From: the human T2T-CHM13v2.0 reference genome, Homo sapiens
Assembly (NCBI RefSeq): GCF_009914755.1
Contig: NC_060928.1
DNA length: 64,000 bases
Strand: one strand, 5' to 3'
Shown here: one piece after another, positions 39,778 to 57,190 of the stretch
How the letters are laid out: every line of letters starts with the position of its first letter
Numbering within the stretch: the first letter of the stretch is position 1
Made by a program: the position numbers and the translations under genes
The notes under the pieces: model-generated
What the model saw: only the letters and a program-made list of their open reading frames with translations
The model's database searches: none
Told to the model about the DNA's origin: nothing

Positions 39778-41232
39778 TACTTATCAAATAGTGAGTCCCT
39801 CCAATGAAGATGATTTTTCATGGTGTTATTTGTTAAGTACTAAAAAGAAGAATACAGACACGACTTCCTCACTGAGTCTTTCATTAATATTGAAATGTAA
39901 GCTACTGAAAGAAAATTCTTATGTCTTTTCCCCCGCTACTGTTAAATACGCCCCAGGATACACACAACTATTGACTCTGCTATTTGATCATAGTTCATTA
40001 GAGGTCTGTGGGTTTATTTTGCCTGAGATTTCATTCAAGGTGACTTTATTAACTTTTACAGCTCTCGTAGTTTTCCCCATCCCTTTATGATACCATCACT
40101 AAGTAATCCTTTTCATAATATATAAACATTTTAGCATAAAAAACCTTAAGCAACTTGGTTCACTTTATCAAGAGCCACCAGACTTTGGAATCCCTTTAAT
40201 TTATTATTTGCTTTGCTTTGTTGACATATTTAATAGCTGGTGAATAATTCCTAGCAAATTGCTTCAGTCTGGTTCTAAGAAGTATGAGTCCATTTACATG
40301 CATGTGTGTTTAGATAGCATAATACCATGCAGCGCCCAAACTCATCTCCAGATTTGGTTTCTGGGAGATAAAAGGGATCCCTGGAGCTAATCAAACTGTT
40401 GTCATTACCACAAGGGACAATGTCACAGATAAATGTGGCTAGACTGATCATAGTGTTGCTAATAGATCCCAGCCTAGAATGATTTACCTTAGTAGTAGAA
40501 CCAAGAAAGTTAAATCAATCCTTTTAAAAATCTAAATATGTATAAACTTTGATGATACAAATATTATTGTCAGTGCTGGTCTAGTCTCAGAATCAAAGAT
40601 CTTTATGTCCTAGCTATTTCACAAAATCACAGGAGCAATAGAGAGTGACAGGTGAAGCTTTGCTGCAATTTTTTCTTATTTTGCCATACTGTATCTTGAA
40701 ACCATAACTGTGTCTTGACCCTAAACACAGAACTGTGACATAACAGAAATCAATATTATTATTTAGCATACAAACACATCAGGACAGCCTAAGGCATCCT
40801 TGAGGAGACGCTATGGAGATCCACAATGTCTCTATCATCCCCATACTGAGTCAGGTTGTACCCTTCAGAGTTTGTGTGACGTAGCTTAGAGTTTGCTTCA
40901 CCAATGACAGAATTCTAAACTAAAGCTACACTACATGCATGAGATGAAATAGTTAACTTTTTGCAAAAGCAGTCATAGCTTAGCCTCATATTTATATATT
41001 GTGAGTGTCTTAAGGTAGACTATAACCCTTTTACAGATGAAAATATGAAAGTCACATCTTCAGTAAAGATGTAAAGTGATTAAATCTTTTGTGATGATCC
41101 ATACTGCAGAGTTTTAGTCATGTGCAGCATTGCAAAATACTTATCATCCAGTAAAACCAAAATTTTTTTTCAAGAGATAAATATAGCTTATTCTAGTTAC
41201 CAGTTAAAAGCCACCAAAGCTTGAAATTTTAA

Positions 41233-41561
<329 letters not shown>

Positions 41562-41660
41562 CTATCCAAGACACTTTTAACATTTGTGTGCATTTTTCTT
41601 TATTCTAAATTATAATATCAGGAGTATATAAACTTTCAGAAACAAATAAGTATTTATTCA

Positions 41661-42030
<370 letters not shown>

Positions 42031-42879
42031 TAAATACATATACTCAATACGTACAATAACAAAGAAAATTGGAATATACACATAATAAAAATGAATTATT
42101 TTCTTCCTTTATTTATTTTGAAGGTGTTTCTCTAATCAATGTAAAATTAGTAACACAATAGATAATTTGCTAAGCACAATGCCAAATAATTCTCTTACAT
42201 TTTTTTTACAAAAGTAAACTCCAACTATTAAATTTTAAATAAATGAATCTTTAGACTCAAGCTTATTTCATCACATATAAGCCATCTTATCTTAAAGACA
42301 AAGTTGTAGAATTTTGACCAAGACCAGTTACAGCTGTATATTAAACTATTCTGAATGGTCTGAAGAAAAAAAACAATTACATCAATGAACCCTAGCACGC
42401 AGATACTATAAAATTTTAAGGCCAGAAAACTTTCATATTTACAAGAATTGTTGTGAAAGTAAGTGGAAGCTGTAAAATGCAAGAAATATTATAACTGAGA
42501 GATTCAAATTGCCCTCTGGTGAAAAGGGCAGTCTGTTTAGAACTCAGTATCTTTTTGTTTGCTAGATGAGCTCACTCCTTGTACTAGATGGACCCAACAA
42601 GCTGCTAGCTAGTTGTACTCACACTCCTAGGGAAGCCACAGGAGCCTACCCCATCCACAGGCTTCTGAGTTCAGTACATGTGACCAGGTCACACTTGACC
42701 AGAGCAGGGTTGGATGTCTGATGCAAAGGAAGCCCATCCATAGAGTGGCCCATGCATGGCCTATGAGGTAATTGATGATAGAGAGCTCAATCAAGTCTTT
42801 TTTTTCCTGGTTTTTTATTTTTTATTATGTTTTAATATGTGCCTTTGTACCAACAGCAAAAGTAAGAAGCAGCCAGTAA

Positions 42880-43196
<317 letters not shown>

Positions 43197-43299
43197 AATT
43201 AAGAGCATTTTAGATAACCTTCATCTATTAGCTACAATAAGCACCTGATTAGCTGTGCAATGTTGTTGCCTCTGCCTTGTACAACAAGGGAATCACCAC

Positions 43300-43720
43300 T
43301 GGTTCCTCAGTGGGCAGCCAGTCTATGCTAACCTGCCCCAAGTCCAAGGAAGCTGAGAGGCCTAAGAAAAAGGCTAACAAATCCAGTTTCTTAGAAACAT
43401 TTAATAAAGACTTATGAACAGAAGCCATGTCTGTCTCAGGTAACAGCAAGACAAGATGATGTATCCCTGTGCCATTGCACCCCCAGACCCAGGGCTTATA
43501 TACCATAGAGAAAGGGTGACTTGGAAGGAACAGGTAGGACAATTGAAATACAATAACATCAAAGGTTGTTTTGACCTAAAGTTGGGATTTACAGTAAGTA
43601 GGTGCTCTTGCACAAGCAATGATAGATAAAGTAGGTATCTTAGAGGCTTTCACAAAACTGAGATTAATCAGACGTCAATATGGTGGATTAGTATGCAACA
43701 TGAAGTTGCTTTGGCCTCAA
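43300..43720 (-). mobile_element. ERV1 solo LTR (MER34/MER39-like)
   Basis: gaagctgagaggcc..aatccagtttctt..acatttaataaagacttatgaacagaagccatgtctg..ccccagacccagggcttatatacc. Confidence 0.6.
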
Positions 43721-44599
43721 TGTCACTCACCACGGCAAATCTTGTTTTCCCGGTTTTATTATCATCTATAATAAAAGACCTGGTCTTTTGGTATAAAACT
43801 TGGTATATGTAAAGGATACATATACATAATATATGTACATTAAGAGCAATAATATAATGAACATCCATGAAGCTATCACTCAACCAAGAAATAAAATGTT
43901 ATTTATTTACCTCTATTCATAATTTCTCTTCCTGTTGCCCTGCTTCCTGCCCCGCTCAGCACAGATCACTACTGTAAATTTTGTGTTTATCATTCTTTTA
44001 ATTTAAACAATTGTTGTCTGGATGACAGAGCCTTGGCAGAAAAATAAAATATAGTAAAAAATAAAAAATTGTTGTCATAAAATATGTATGCATTCAAAAT
44101 TAAGCATCCACAATTTATCTAAGTAGTTATATGCTACTATATTTTCACAACTGTATCTTTTATTGTTTTAATCCTCCACAATTTCTTATTACATTCTACT
44201 GTTAAATACCATTATTTTTATAGTAGGGAAAAAAAGCAATAACATGATCTGTGCTGCCACAGGCTTTCTTCTAATGGCTCCTGATACAAAGGTACAAAAT
44301 TTTCTTCATGGTCTGCCTAGGAGTGAAATCACTGGGTTGTGTGGTATACAAATGTTCCACCTTTCAAGATAATTTCCAATAGTTTTCCAACATGATGGTA
44401 CAACTCTCCTTTTCAATGGAGTTTGATTGTGAAATACATGGAGAGAGTGAGTTAGTGCCAGCATATGATACAGGCCAATGTCAGTATAAGCAGAAGCCCT
44501 AAAGTAGGGAAGAGAATGCTGTTCCTGAAAGATGCAGAAATAGCAACGTCAGAGATCCAGAGCTATTGCTAGGTCCTGAAGATAGTCCAGTTGCTAAGG

Positions 44600-47110
44600 C
44601 TGGCAATGGGTAGGACTTCCAGTAATGTGTTGCATAGAAATGGTGGTATTCAGCATTGTTTTCTCCTTCTCAATCATAGGAGGAAAGCTTTTATTATTTT
44701 ACCATAAAGTGTGTTATTTCTTGTAGGTTTTTTCCTACATTAAAGAAGTTCCCAGTGAATACTAGTTTCCTGGAGGACTTATTTTTTGAGTCAAAAAATG
44801 GATATTGGATTTTATGAAGTGCTTTCTCTGCGTCTATCAAGATTATTGTAGTTTTTCTCTACTTTTTGCCACTAATGCGGTGAATTACTTCATTTTTCAT
44901 ATATTAAAGCAACATTGCATTCCCAGAATACACCTAAATTTGTTGTGTTATTTTCTTGAGGATTTCTGCATTTATATATATATATGAGACAAACTAGATT
45001 TCAATTTTTCTTTTTTGAAATCTCCTATACAGAGTTTGATATCAATGTTACACTGGCCTCATAAAATGAATTGGATGTTTTCCTTTTTTCCTACTTTTGG
45101 GGAAATTGTGTTTAAGGTGTTAATGAGTCTTCCTTAAATGTTTGTTAAGACTTTATTATTGAGTTCTTCTGGGGCTGGACTTTTCTCTATTGTTGTTTTT
45201 GCTGTTGTTTTATTATAGACTAAATTTCTTTAACAGAAAATAGACTTATTCAGATTTCCTGTTTTCTCCTATATCAGATTATACATTTCACCTAAATTTT
45301 CAAAGGTATTGCAATAAAGTTGTACATAATATCCTCTTATCATTTTAATGTATGTAGAATCATGATGTTGATAATATTTACCTTCTCTTTTTCTTTTATC
45401 AGTCTTGCAAGATATTTATAAATATTATTAGTGATACAGGAGTTAAGAAGAAATTAGGCAGATAGTGAGGGTAAGAAAGTCCTGGGTAAGGTTTTCCATT
45501 TAATGAAAGCAGCCCCAAATTATCGTCTGTTCTAACAAAGAGCTGCCTGTAAAATTGAGCTGCAGACATAGATGCTGGCAGTTGTGCCACTCACGTTCAA
45601 GAAGGCAGCTCCACCTTCCCTTCTCTTTGTCAGCCACGTGTATTGTAAGGAGCAGACAAGTTGGCCCAGGTCAACTGGAAACCCATTTGCATAATAAAGT
45701 TAGGGTGGGGTAGCCAGCCTTCCCTGTGCAATATGTAAATGTCATACCTGATCGAACCAATCTGTAAGCCCTATGTAAATCAGACACTGCCTCCTCAAGG
45801 CTGAAGATAAAGTCCAGCACAGCCGCCACCAGCCCACCTTTAATCTTGGCAGTCTCCCTCTCTCACTAGAGAGAGAGCTGTTTTCCTTTCTCTTTCTTTT
45901 GCCTATTAAACTTCTGCTCCTAAACTCCTCCTGTGTGTTTATGTCCTAAATTTTCCTGGCACAAGACGACAAACCCCAGGTATTTACTCCAGACAATGTA
46001 GCCACTTCATTAGTACTAACTTTCCTGGTGTATTTTTGTTTTCAATTTCTTTAATTTTTGTTCTCAAATTTTCCTTTATTCTAGAATCTTTTAGTTTAAT
46101 TTGCCATTTTTATTCTAATTTTTTGAGATGAATACCTCCATAATAAATTACCAGACTTTCTTCTCTTGCAATATATGCATTTAAAACTATAAGTTTTCCT
46201 CTGAGCACTGCTTTAGCTGAATTCCACAAGTTTTTATGTGATAGTTTCATATTATAGTTTTAATCATGATTTTTGCTTTGACATGTGGATTACTTAGAAA
46301 CGTAAAATCTTCTATCATTCAGGGATTTTTTCTCATTGTATTTTTGTTATTTATTTCTAACAATTTTACTATGACGATAGAAATACTTTGTATGATTTAA
46401 CATTTGCGAAGTTGTTGCGGCTTACTTTGCTGTCCAGCTATACATAATGTTGTTGTATTCCATGTAAACTTGAATATAATATGTATAATACAATTGCTGA
46501 AGGTTATGTTCCAGCAGCATGTTTTATACACACATACATACATGCACATAGCAAAGTAAGCTAGCTGTGTTCTAAATTTCTGTGTGTCTGCTGATTGTTT
46601 TCTCTGTTGTATCAGTTACTGAGACAGGTATATTAAATTCTTCTATGATCATGGTCTTGGCAATTTCTTCTTTTGAGTCCGTCAATTTTGTTCTACATAT
46701 TTGGACACTACGTATACGAATTTAGGAGTGTTATACATTTCTGGTGAATTGTATCTTTCATCATTTGAAATATTTCCCTTTATTTTTAGTAATAATCCTT
46801 GCCTTAAAGTTTACATTATCTGTTATTAGTATAACTCTGTAAGCTTTCTTTCTGTTGGTGTTTGCATAGAATGACTTTCCATTTTTTTACTTCCATTTTT
46901 TATTGGTGTTTTCACAGAAAGACTTCCCATTTTTTACTTTCAATTTTTCTATGCCTTGTATTTAAGGTGTATTACTTGTTAGTTTTATTTTAATACAATC
47001 TAACAATCTTGGTTCTAGTGTGTTTTGCCTAGAACAGAGAAATAATTTTCATTGGAACATTTGGTCCATTTGAGTTAATATAATACTGAAATATTTGAGA
47101 TTATATCTAC
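44600..47110 (-). mobile_element. Old L1M ORF2 fragments
   Basis: ggacttccagtaatgtgttgcatagaaatggtg, ctggcctcataaaatgaattgg, ttttcctctgagcactgctttagctg. Confidence 0.7.
45432..46009 (+). mobile_element. LTR9-like ERV1 solo LTR
   Basis: TGATACAGGAGTTAAGAAGAAATTAGGCAGATAGTGAGGGTAAG...GCCACTTCA; 4-bp TSD TTAG. Confidence 0.8.
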
Positions 47111-47139
47111 CATCTTACTCCTCTTTCTCTCCCTCCTTG

Positions 47140-47245
47140 CCTTGGCCTGTTGGATAAATCTGGCCTGCTACAGGATGAATCTAGCCACATCCATTTCTTG
47201 GCATATTGTCTATGGATGCTTTTGCATTACAATATCAGAGTTGAG
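47140..47245 (+). mobile_element. MER58-like hAT fragment
   Basis: agccacatccatt..atattgtctatggatgcttttgcattacaa..cagagttgag. Confidence 0.55.
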
Positions 47246-47289
47246 AACTAATAACTGTTAAGTAATGAGCTATTTAACCATAAAGTGGT

Positions 47290-48625
<1,336 letters not shown>

Positions 48626-49326
48626 TTTCTTAATGTTATGGAAATTTAAGAGAATACTTATAAACTTAGTAATTTAGAAATAGTGTAATTATTTAGATGA
48701 AAAAGTTTGTGTGTTTTTATAATGCATCAGATTTTACTTTTATTTTCTCTGAAGCAAACTAACATATTTAATATAGTACAGAGTAGTAGTATTATACAGT
48801 AAATATTTGATTTTAAGTAAGAAAACCATAGGCTCAAGATGGAAAGAATAAAACTTTTTCACTGCATCTGCTTTCTGAGAAAACAAATGTCAGACATAAT
48901 AAATAAAATAAAAATAAAATTATGGATGCAGAATATCTTAATACCATTGCGATGTTTGAATACATATTTGAATGCCTCCCTTTCTAAAGTATGTCATTAC
49001 ATTTAAATTACTTATATACTCTTAGGACCCACAAATAACATAAACTGTACTCAGAAATATTTAACAATTAAAGAGAATTGTGTAAAATTCTTACTTTATA
49101 ATATATAGAAAAAAATAAGAGTGTTTCTTCTTTGAAGAAAGGGGGGCTATTATTTGGTGATCAGAAAATAGAAGCACAAAAAATCTAGCTCATCTTATTT
49201 CCTTTTCTTACACCATACAAAAGCTCATATATTTAAACAACGAAAAGTAGTTGAATAGTAAACAGAGAAAGCAATTGTTGAACAAAATTAATTCATTCTG
49301 GAAAAATTCCTATGATCTGCAGTTAA

Positions 49327-49707
<381 letters not shown>

Positions 49708-49819
49708 TATTTTACTTTATAATATTATTTGCAAAACAAATCATGGCCTACTTACGGGAACATGCTCATTATTGTCTTACTCACCATGAATTGTTAATGT
49801 CTGCTTTATAGTGGTACAT

Positions 49820-50790
49820 ACAATGAATTTCCATCACCACAAGAAGTTCCCCTAAGCCCCTTAATATTCAAACTGTGCAACCACCCAAACCCTGGTAACC
49901 ACTGATATGCTTTCTGTCACTACAGTGGTGCCTTTTCCAAAATGTCATATAAATGAAATCATAGAATACATAGTGTATTTGTCTGGCATCTTTTACTTAG
50001 CATAACATTTTTGAGATCATGTAGGTTATTGGATGTATCAATATTTTGTCCTTTTTCATTGCTGAGTAGTATTCCATTTATATGGATTTATTGCATTTGT
50101 TTATCCATTCACCACTGGGTAGACATGGCTAGTTTCCAATTTGGAGCTAATATAAAAATTACAAATAAAGCTGCTATGACTATTTGCATACAAGTGTTTG
50201 TATGCACATGTTACTTAAGTAAATACCCAGGAGTGGGCTTTTTGGTCATATAGTAAATGTAGTTTATAAGAAACTGCCAAAATATGTTGTAAAGTGGCTG
50301 TACTATTTTGCATTCCCACCAGCAATATACGAGAGTTTCCATTTTCTCATATACTTGCTAAAACTTAGAGTTTCCAGCTATTTAATTTTTGCCATTTTAG
50401 TGGGTATGTGGAAGCATCTCATTGTGGTTTAAATTTGAATTTCATTATCTGTACACTAAATCTCCTCAACATACAATTTACCCACGTAACAAACTTGCAC
50501 ATGTACCCCTTGAATCTAAAAGTTGGAAAAAAAGTACAATATAAAAATAAATTTGCATATTCCTAAGAGCTAATGATACTGATCATCTTTTCATGTGTTT
50601 TTTTTTTTTTTGCCATTTGTATATCTGCTTTGATAAAATCTCTTTTCAAATCTCTTACCCATTTTAAAATTTTTTTTGGCTTATTAATGAGCTGTGCAAG
50701 TTGTTTATATCTTCTAAACAAGGCCCTTTATCAGATATATAATTTGCAAATATTTTTTCCCATGCCATAGTTTGACTTTTAATTTTCTTA
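49820..50790 (-). mobile_element. L1MB/MC fragment containing a short plus-strand L1PA 3' end (~50447-50548)
   Basis: ttttcattgctgagtagtattccatt, ttttgcattcccaccagcaat; insert tacccacgtaacaaacttgcacatgtacccct..aatctaaaa. Confidence 0.75.
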
Positions 50791-51539
50791 ACCATGCCTT
50801 GAAGGCTCCCCCTCTGGTATCATGCTTATTCATTCATTCAGCCATTCATTCATTCAGCCATTCATTCATTCATGCAGCAAATGTGTGTTTGGTACATACT
50901 ACGTATTGCAGTACAATAAAAAAGTTTTCAAAATCCTTTCTCTCTTTCCATCAGAAAATGACCTTGAGTTAACCTTCTAACATTGTTTCCCTGGAAATGT
51001 GAAATGCTGACTTTGTTACTAGTCAACGTTACTTATGGCAAAAAATGATGCCTGACTGGAAACAATATCAGCACTAGGAGGACAGAGAGTGAACCTTAAA
51101 GACCTGGTGGGAAGCCATAGCTTTCGGGTTTCCCTGAGGATATTGATCTTATAATGGGTGTACGTGTCATGTGGATTGCTAGTAGACACCACCAGGGAAT
51201 AAATACAATATTATGGGGCAATGGACCTTCTAGGTAAGGGTGGTATCTTCACCCACCAATGTGATCTTCTTTAAACATGGGCTATTACTTGGAGGGCTAG
51301 AGAAGAAAATCCTGGACTGCTGTCTGGACTCCTGCTGATGACACACCTGATGCTGTCCTTCCATCATCTCCTACCCATGTCCTGTAAAGCTGCATGAGTC
51401 TGATGCCACAAGTCCAGTTAAGTCCATGAGTATAACTGGCTAGCTGAACCCAAGACTACTGCTTCTGGTCAAGCAAAGTGGGTGATTTATGCTTCCAGAC
51501 ATTTATACAGAAAGATGCATGATCCAAAGACCCTGCTTT

Positions 51540-52470
51540 GGTCTCAGGTACCTTACATTCTAATGGGAAGAGGCAGAAGACAAATAGATTTAAAAATCAT
51601 ACCAGGTGGTAGTGCTCTGTTGAAAATCAAGCAGCAGGTGGAAGATAGAGAAGGACAGCGAGGAGGCGTTGACATTTTATATAGAGTGCTCAGGGCAGGT
51701 TCCGTGAAAAAGTGACATTTGAGCAGATATTTCAGAGAAATGAGGCAGCAATCTATGTAGATATCTGCAGGGGAACATTCTAGGCAGAGGAAACAAGTGC
51801 AACAGTCCTTAGCAGAAATGTGCTTAGTGTGTTCAAAAAACAGCAAGGAGGCCAGTGTGAAAAAGCAAAAAGATGAAGAAAGAGGCCATAAAGTGTGTGG
51901 GAAGCCAGACCTGATTGTTCTTTATAAGCTACCTGAAATGAATGGGAGGTCTTGGAAGTTCTAGGCAGGGGGCACAACAGGAGCTGCTGTGTGAAGAGCA
52001 ACCTGTGAGATCAAGGGTGGAAGCAGGAAAACCAGTTAAGCTGTTGCAATAATGCAAATGAAAGACAGTAGGGATGACAACTAGAATGCTGCACCGCAAA
52101 TGGTGAGAAGCGGTCAGATTTGGAATCAGTTTTGAAGGTTGGGTTTGTTTCTGGGTTGACTTTTTGATATGAGGAAAAAGAAAAAGGAGTCAAGGTTGAG
52201 TCTATGTCTTGTGGTGTAAGTATCCAGTTAAATAAGTTGCCACAAATTGAAATGGGGAAAATTGAAAGGAGAATTTGAGGGGATGGGGGATCAAGAGTCA
52301 TTTTTGCACATTTGTTGTAAAATGCTCATTAGACATCTAACTAGAGATGTTATATAGTTAGATGTAAAAGATTCTGGAAACTTTGAGAATAAGGTGTAAA
52401 TTTGGGAGTCATGATGATGTGGATAATATTAGAAGCCAAAGAAGGAGTTCAGGGACTGGGCCCAGATACT
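51540..52470 (-). mobile_element. L2 element (its (CATT)n tail lies at ~50825-50875)
   Basis: gtgacatttgagcaga, gaacattctaggcagaggaaac, cagcaaggaggccagtgtg, ttagacatc. Confidence 0.8.
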
Positions 52471-53251
52471 CAGGAATTGTTTAATTTAATTGAGCATAAA
52501 AATTTCAGTGGATTTACAAATCTTTCAGGTTTCAATTCTTAAGAAGTTCATGATTTGCCAATAAAGTGTCATGACACCAAGGGTTCTATAAAAAGCACAT
52601 GTGGCACACACATACTGACTTTGCTTTGCATATGGGCAACTGACAAAAAGATAACTCCAAAAATGCAGTGTTGGACAAGGATCTTAAAAAAATTTTTTTC
52701 TCAATTTGCTTCAAAGAAAAAAAACAGCTTTCATTCTAGAATGCTCACATTTATGGCTGGATATAGTCTACATAAAAATGAACTGTTACTCAACCCAAAA
52801 CATTTTGCCTAACTTAATTTTTATTGTCTCCATCACCTGTTATGAAACAAAAATAAAGTGTGTATACATATCATGGAGTCATCATGACCAAAGTGATTTA
52901 ATTTATATTCTTTATAAAAACAATCAGAAGGAAATCTGCTTACAGCCAACATACTTAGAGTCAACCATAATAAGGTAAAAGTTCTCAGGCTACACAAAGA
53001 AAGAGCTTCCAGTGTTTGCTTGAGCAGCAGGGAACATAGGTCTAAGAATAAAGAAGTCTTACTTTTTACTGTATTGTATTCCCGTTGTGCTCATTGTGCA
53101 TATTTGCCTCTTTAAAGGAAAAATATTATCTGGTAAAAAAAATAAAGTTCAGTTAAATTAAATTAAAATCAAGCATAAGATTTGAATGAGAGTGGAAATA
53201 TTGAGGTCATCAACTACTAAAGAGCCAAGAATTCCCAATGACTTCTACTAA

Positions 53252-53675
<424 letters not shown>

Positions 53676-55229
53676 CAAGCTAATTCTTTTATACACTTCT
53701 CAGCATTTTCCCCCTCTTTTATTAGCTCCTGAAATGCAAGCTTCTAACTAGCAGATTAAGAACATTAGAGAACATAAACAGTTGAAAGATTATTATTTCA
53801 TACAACATACAGTTAAAAATAAAAGTGACATGAAGCAAATATATAGAGAAATTTTAAAACCAAACAAAACATACATGTATGGAGATATTTATAGTTTCTT
53901 TCTAATTACCATATTATTCTTTTGGGGACCTTTTTTTTGCAAAATGCTTTAAGTACCTGCTAAACCATCCATTACATACACCAATGCCATTAGAGTCATT
54001 ATCTGAGTGTTATTTTCTCTCTCTTTCCTGCATCGTTTTCCTTTGCTTAGTCTCTAGTATTCAGTACAGATTCTCTCATGCACCTCATCCTAGATAATTA
54101 TTTGTCAGAGAGCTAAGGGAGAGCTCTTATCACCCATACTATACGAAAACAGCCATCTGCCAATCAAATGGTATGGCATAGAACATTAAAAATGAGGAAA
54201 ATATTTCACATAAGTATAATATAGCAGATAAACTAGCTTATTTCCACCACTGATTAGTTTAATTATTGAGTGATAATATATTTATATTTTTTTAGGAATC
54301 CTGATATGAATCATAAGTTTAAGACATGGACTGGCTTGTTCCTCCCTGCCGCCTTGGCTAGAATGCCAAACATATTTGCATTAGATTTCCTCTTTTTTTT
54401 CAAATTTTCAAGATAGTTGTTTTAGAGTATCCAGCCCATGCCTCTTTTGTCTGTAAAATGTTTTGCTCCATTCTGTGGATATTGGATAACATGGGGTCTA
54501 CATAACTGAGATGTTACAGAAAGCTGATTGTGACACAATGACTTTAGCTTTGCTGTTCTCTTCTCAGAAGTATTTCCCAACCCCAGTTCTACCTCCGATG
54601 TTTATATTTGGATGTTGTTATGGAAAGGGACATTTTAAATTTTAAAGCATATAAAATCTTCGTGAAAGCCTCTCTCTTTCTCTTTCTCTCTCTGAGCCAG
54701 AATTGGATTAGGACTTGACCAGACTCCTATGACAAGGTACTTTTATGAGACAAAATCTTCCAGAGTGTTCCCAGTGAACAGTCTGTATATTTCTTTAAGT
54801 TAGAAGAGAAACTCAAAAACTGTCATAGCTACATATTGTCTAGATTCTGGTTTTCATAATAGAACACATCTTTGAATCTTTTCTATCAGATTTGGCCAGT
54901 TTTATTGAACACCCAGAGAAGAAAAGCCCTACCCAGACTCCTTTTCCCCTCACAAATCACTTGTTATGCTCCAAAATGCAAAGGGAAGATTCTTTTCTTT
55001 GTAAATAATATATATATTTTATATAATATAATATAAAGCATTTTAAAACTGGGACTAAATATTTTTTGTAATTAGAAACAAAATTTGGTGACAATCTAAC
55101 ATTTACACAAAAAGTGGGGGAAGTTTCCTTTAACAGACTTTTATTCCATAAAATATATAACTGTAATTTACTCACTTATTATTTAGGAAACACTATATTT
55201 ATTTACATCAGAGAAAATTCTATTCTTTC

Positions 55230-57190
55230 TTTGCTTTAAAACGGCTTTATTAAGTTATTTAATCTGCACAGTTGGATATGTTTTAACATATGTATACACC
55301 TGAGAAGCCATCTCCACAATTAACATAAAGAATATATCCATCACTCCCCAGTTTTCTAGTGCCCCAGTGGTAATCCCTCCCTCTTGTTCCATCCCACTGG
55401 TCTCTCCTTTATCCTCAGGCAACCAATGATCTGCTTTTCTGTGACAGATTAGTTTGTACTTACTAGAATTTTATATTAGTAGAATCATACAATATGTATT
55501 TTGTTTTGTCTGAGTTTTTTCACTTAGAATAATGATCTTGAGATTCATCCACTTGTTGCATGTACCAGTAGTTCTTTCCTTTCTATTGTTGAGTATTATT
55601 CTATTGTATGGACACACCTCAATTTGTTTATTCATTCACCTGTTGATGAACATTTAGTTTTGGGCTATTATAAATAAGCTGCTATGATATTGCTCATTAC
55701 TCTTGGGTAAATGGAAAAGGCTGGAATTTCCTAGGAATGGAAATGGAATGGAATTTCCATTTCCTAGGAATGGAAAGGCTGGGTTTAAGGAGGTATATGT
55801 TAACTTGTAAGGAACTGCCAAACTGTTCTCCTACACAGTTGTACCATTTTCCATTCCCACCAGGAGTTTGGTTGTTCCACATCCTCACCAACACACAATA
55901 CCAGCTTTCTTTATTATAGCAATTCTGGTAGATGGGTTATCTTAAGGTGGTTTTAATTTACATGATGTTGAGTATTTTTTCATATGCTTACTTGTCATCC
56001 ATAAATCTTTGATGAAGTGTCTATTAAATCCTTTGCCTATTTTTATTGGAGTGCTTATTTTCTTATTTTCAAGCATGGTACACTTTTTTTTTCTTTGAGA
56101 CAGAGTTTCACACTTGTTGCCCAGGCTGGAGTGCAATGCACGATCTCAGCTCACTGCAACCTCCCCATCCCGGGTTCAAGCAATTCTCCTGCCTCAGCCT
56201 CCTGAGTAGCTGGGATTTAGAGGCATGCACCACCACACTTGGCTAATTTTGTATTTTTAGTAGAGACAGAGTTTCGCCATGTTGGTCAGGCTGGTCTCCA
56301 ACTCCTAACCTCAGGTGTTCCATCTGCCTCAGCCTCCCAAAGTGCTAGGATTACAGGTGTGAGCAACCGTGCCAAGCCAGAATACTTTTTATATATTCTG
56401 AGTAGAAGTATTTTATCAGATATGTGTTTTGCAAATATTTTTGCAGTCTTTGGCTTACTCTTCATTCTATCAAGAGTTATCTTTTGAAGATCAGAAGTTA
56501 TTAGTTTTGATGAAGTCTAATTTATTTGTTTATAGGTGACGCTCTTGGTATTGTATCTAAGAAATATTTGGTCACCATCTTTGATGTCATATCTAAGAAA
56601 TCCAGGATCACAAAATTTCTTCCTTAAAATTTTACAGATTTAGGTTTTATACTTAGGTTTATGATCCATTTTAATTTTTGTATATTGTGCCAGGTATGGA
56701 TCAAAGTTTATTCATTTGCACACAAATATTCAATTATTCTGGCACCGTTTGTTGAAAAGACTATTTTTTCTCCTCTGAAACTGCCTTGGCATCTTTGTCA
56801 AAACTTAACTATTTATGTGTGAGCCTATTTCTGAACTCTAGGTTTCATTAATGTAGCTATTTCTACACTATTACTACAGTGTCTTGGTTACTACAAATTT
56901 ATGACAAGTCTTAAAGTCAGATCATGTATGTCTTCCAACATTTATTTTTTCCAGCATGTTTGAGCCATTATAGGTCTTTTGCATTTCAATGTAAATTTTA
57001 GAATCAGAATGTCAATATCTACAAAAATGCCTGCTTGGATTTTGATTGAAATTGCCTTGAATTTCTAGGTCACTTGTGGGGAGAAATTACGTATTAACAG
57101 TATTAAGTTTCTGATCCATGAACTTGGTATATCTCTTCAATTATTAAGGTTTTCCTTAATTTTCCTCAGCAATGTTTTATATTTCCAGTG
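55230..57190 (-). mobile_element. L1MB/MC 3' region with nested Alu
   Basis: aggcaaccaatgatctgctttt, cattcacctgttgatgaacattt, gcaccgtttgttgaaaagact, aaattttagaatcag. Confidence 0.82.
56083..56378 (-). mobile_element. AluS (Sq/Sp-like)
   Basis: gagtttcacacttgttgcccaggctggagtgcaatg. Confidence 0.93.

Noticed and set aside
39590-40090. 166-aa ORF
   Set aside because: Begins inside a MER47-like element and continues into AT-rich sequence; no motif support
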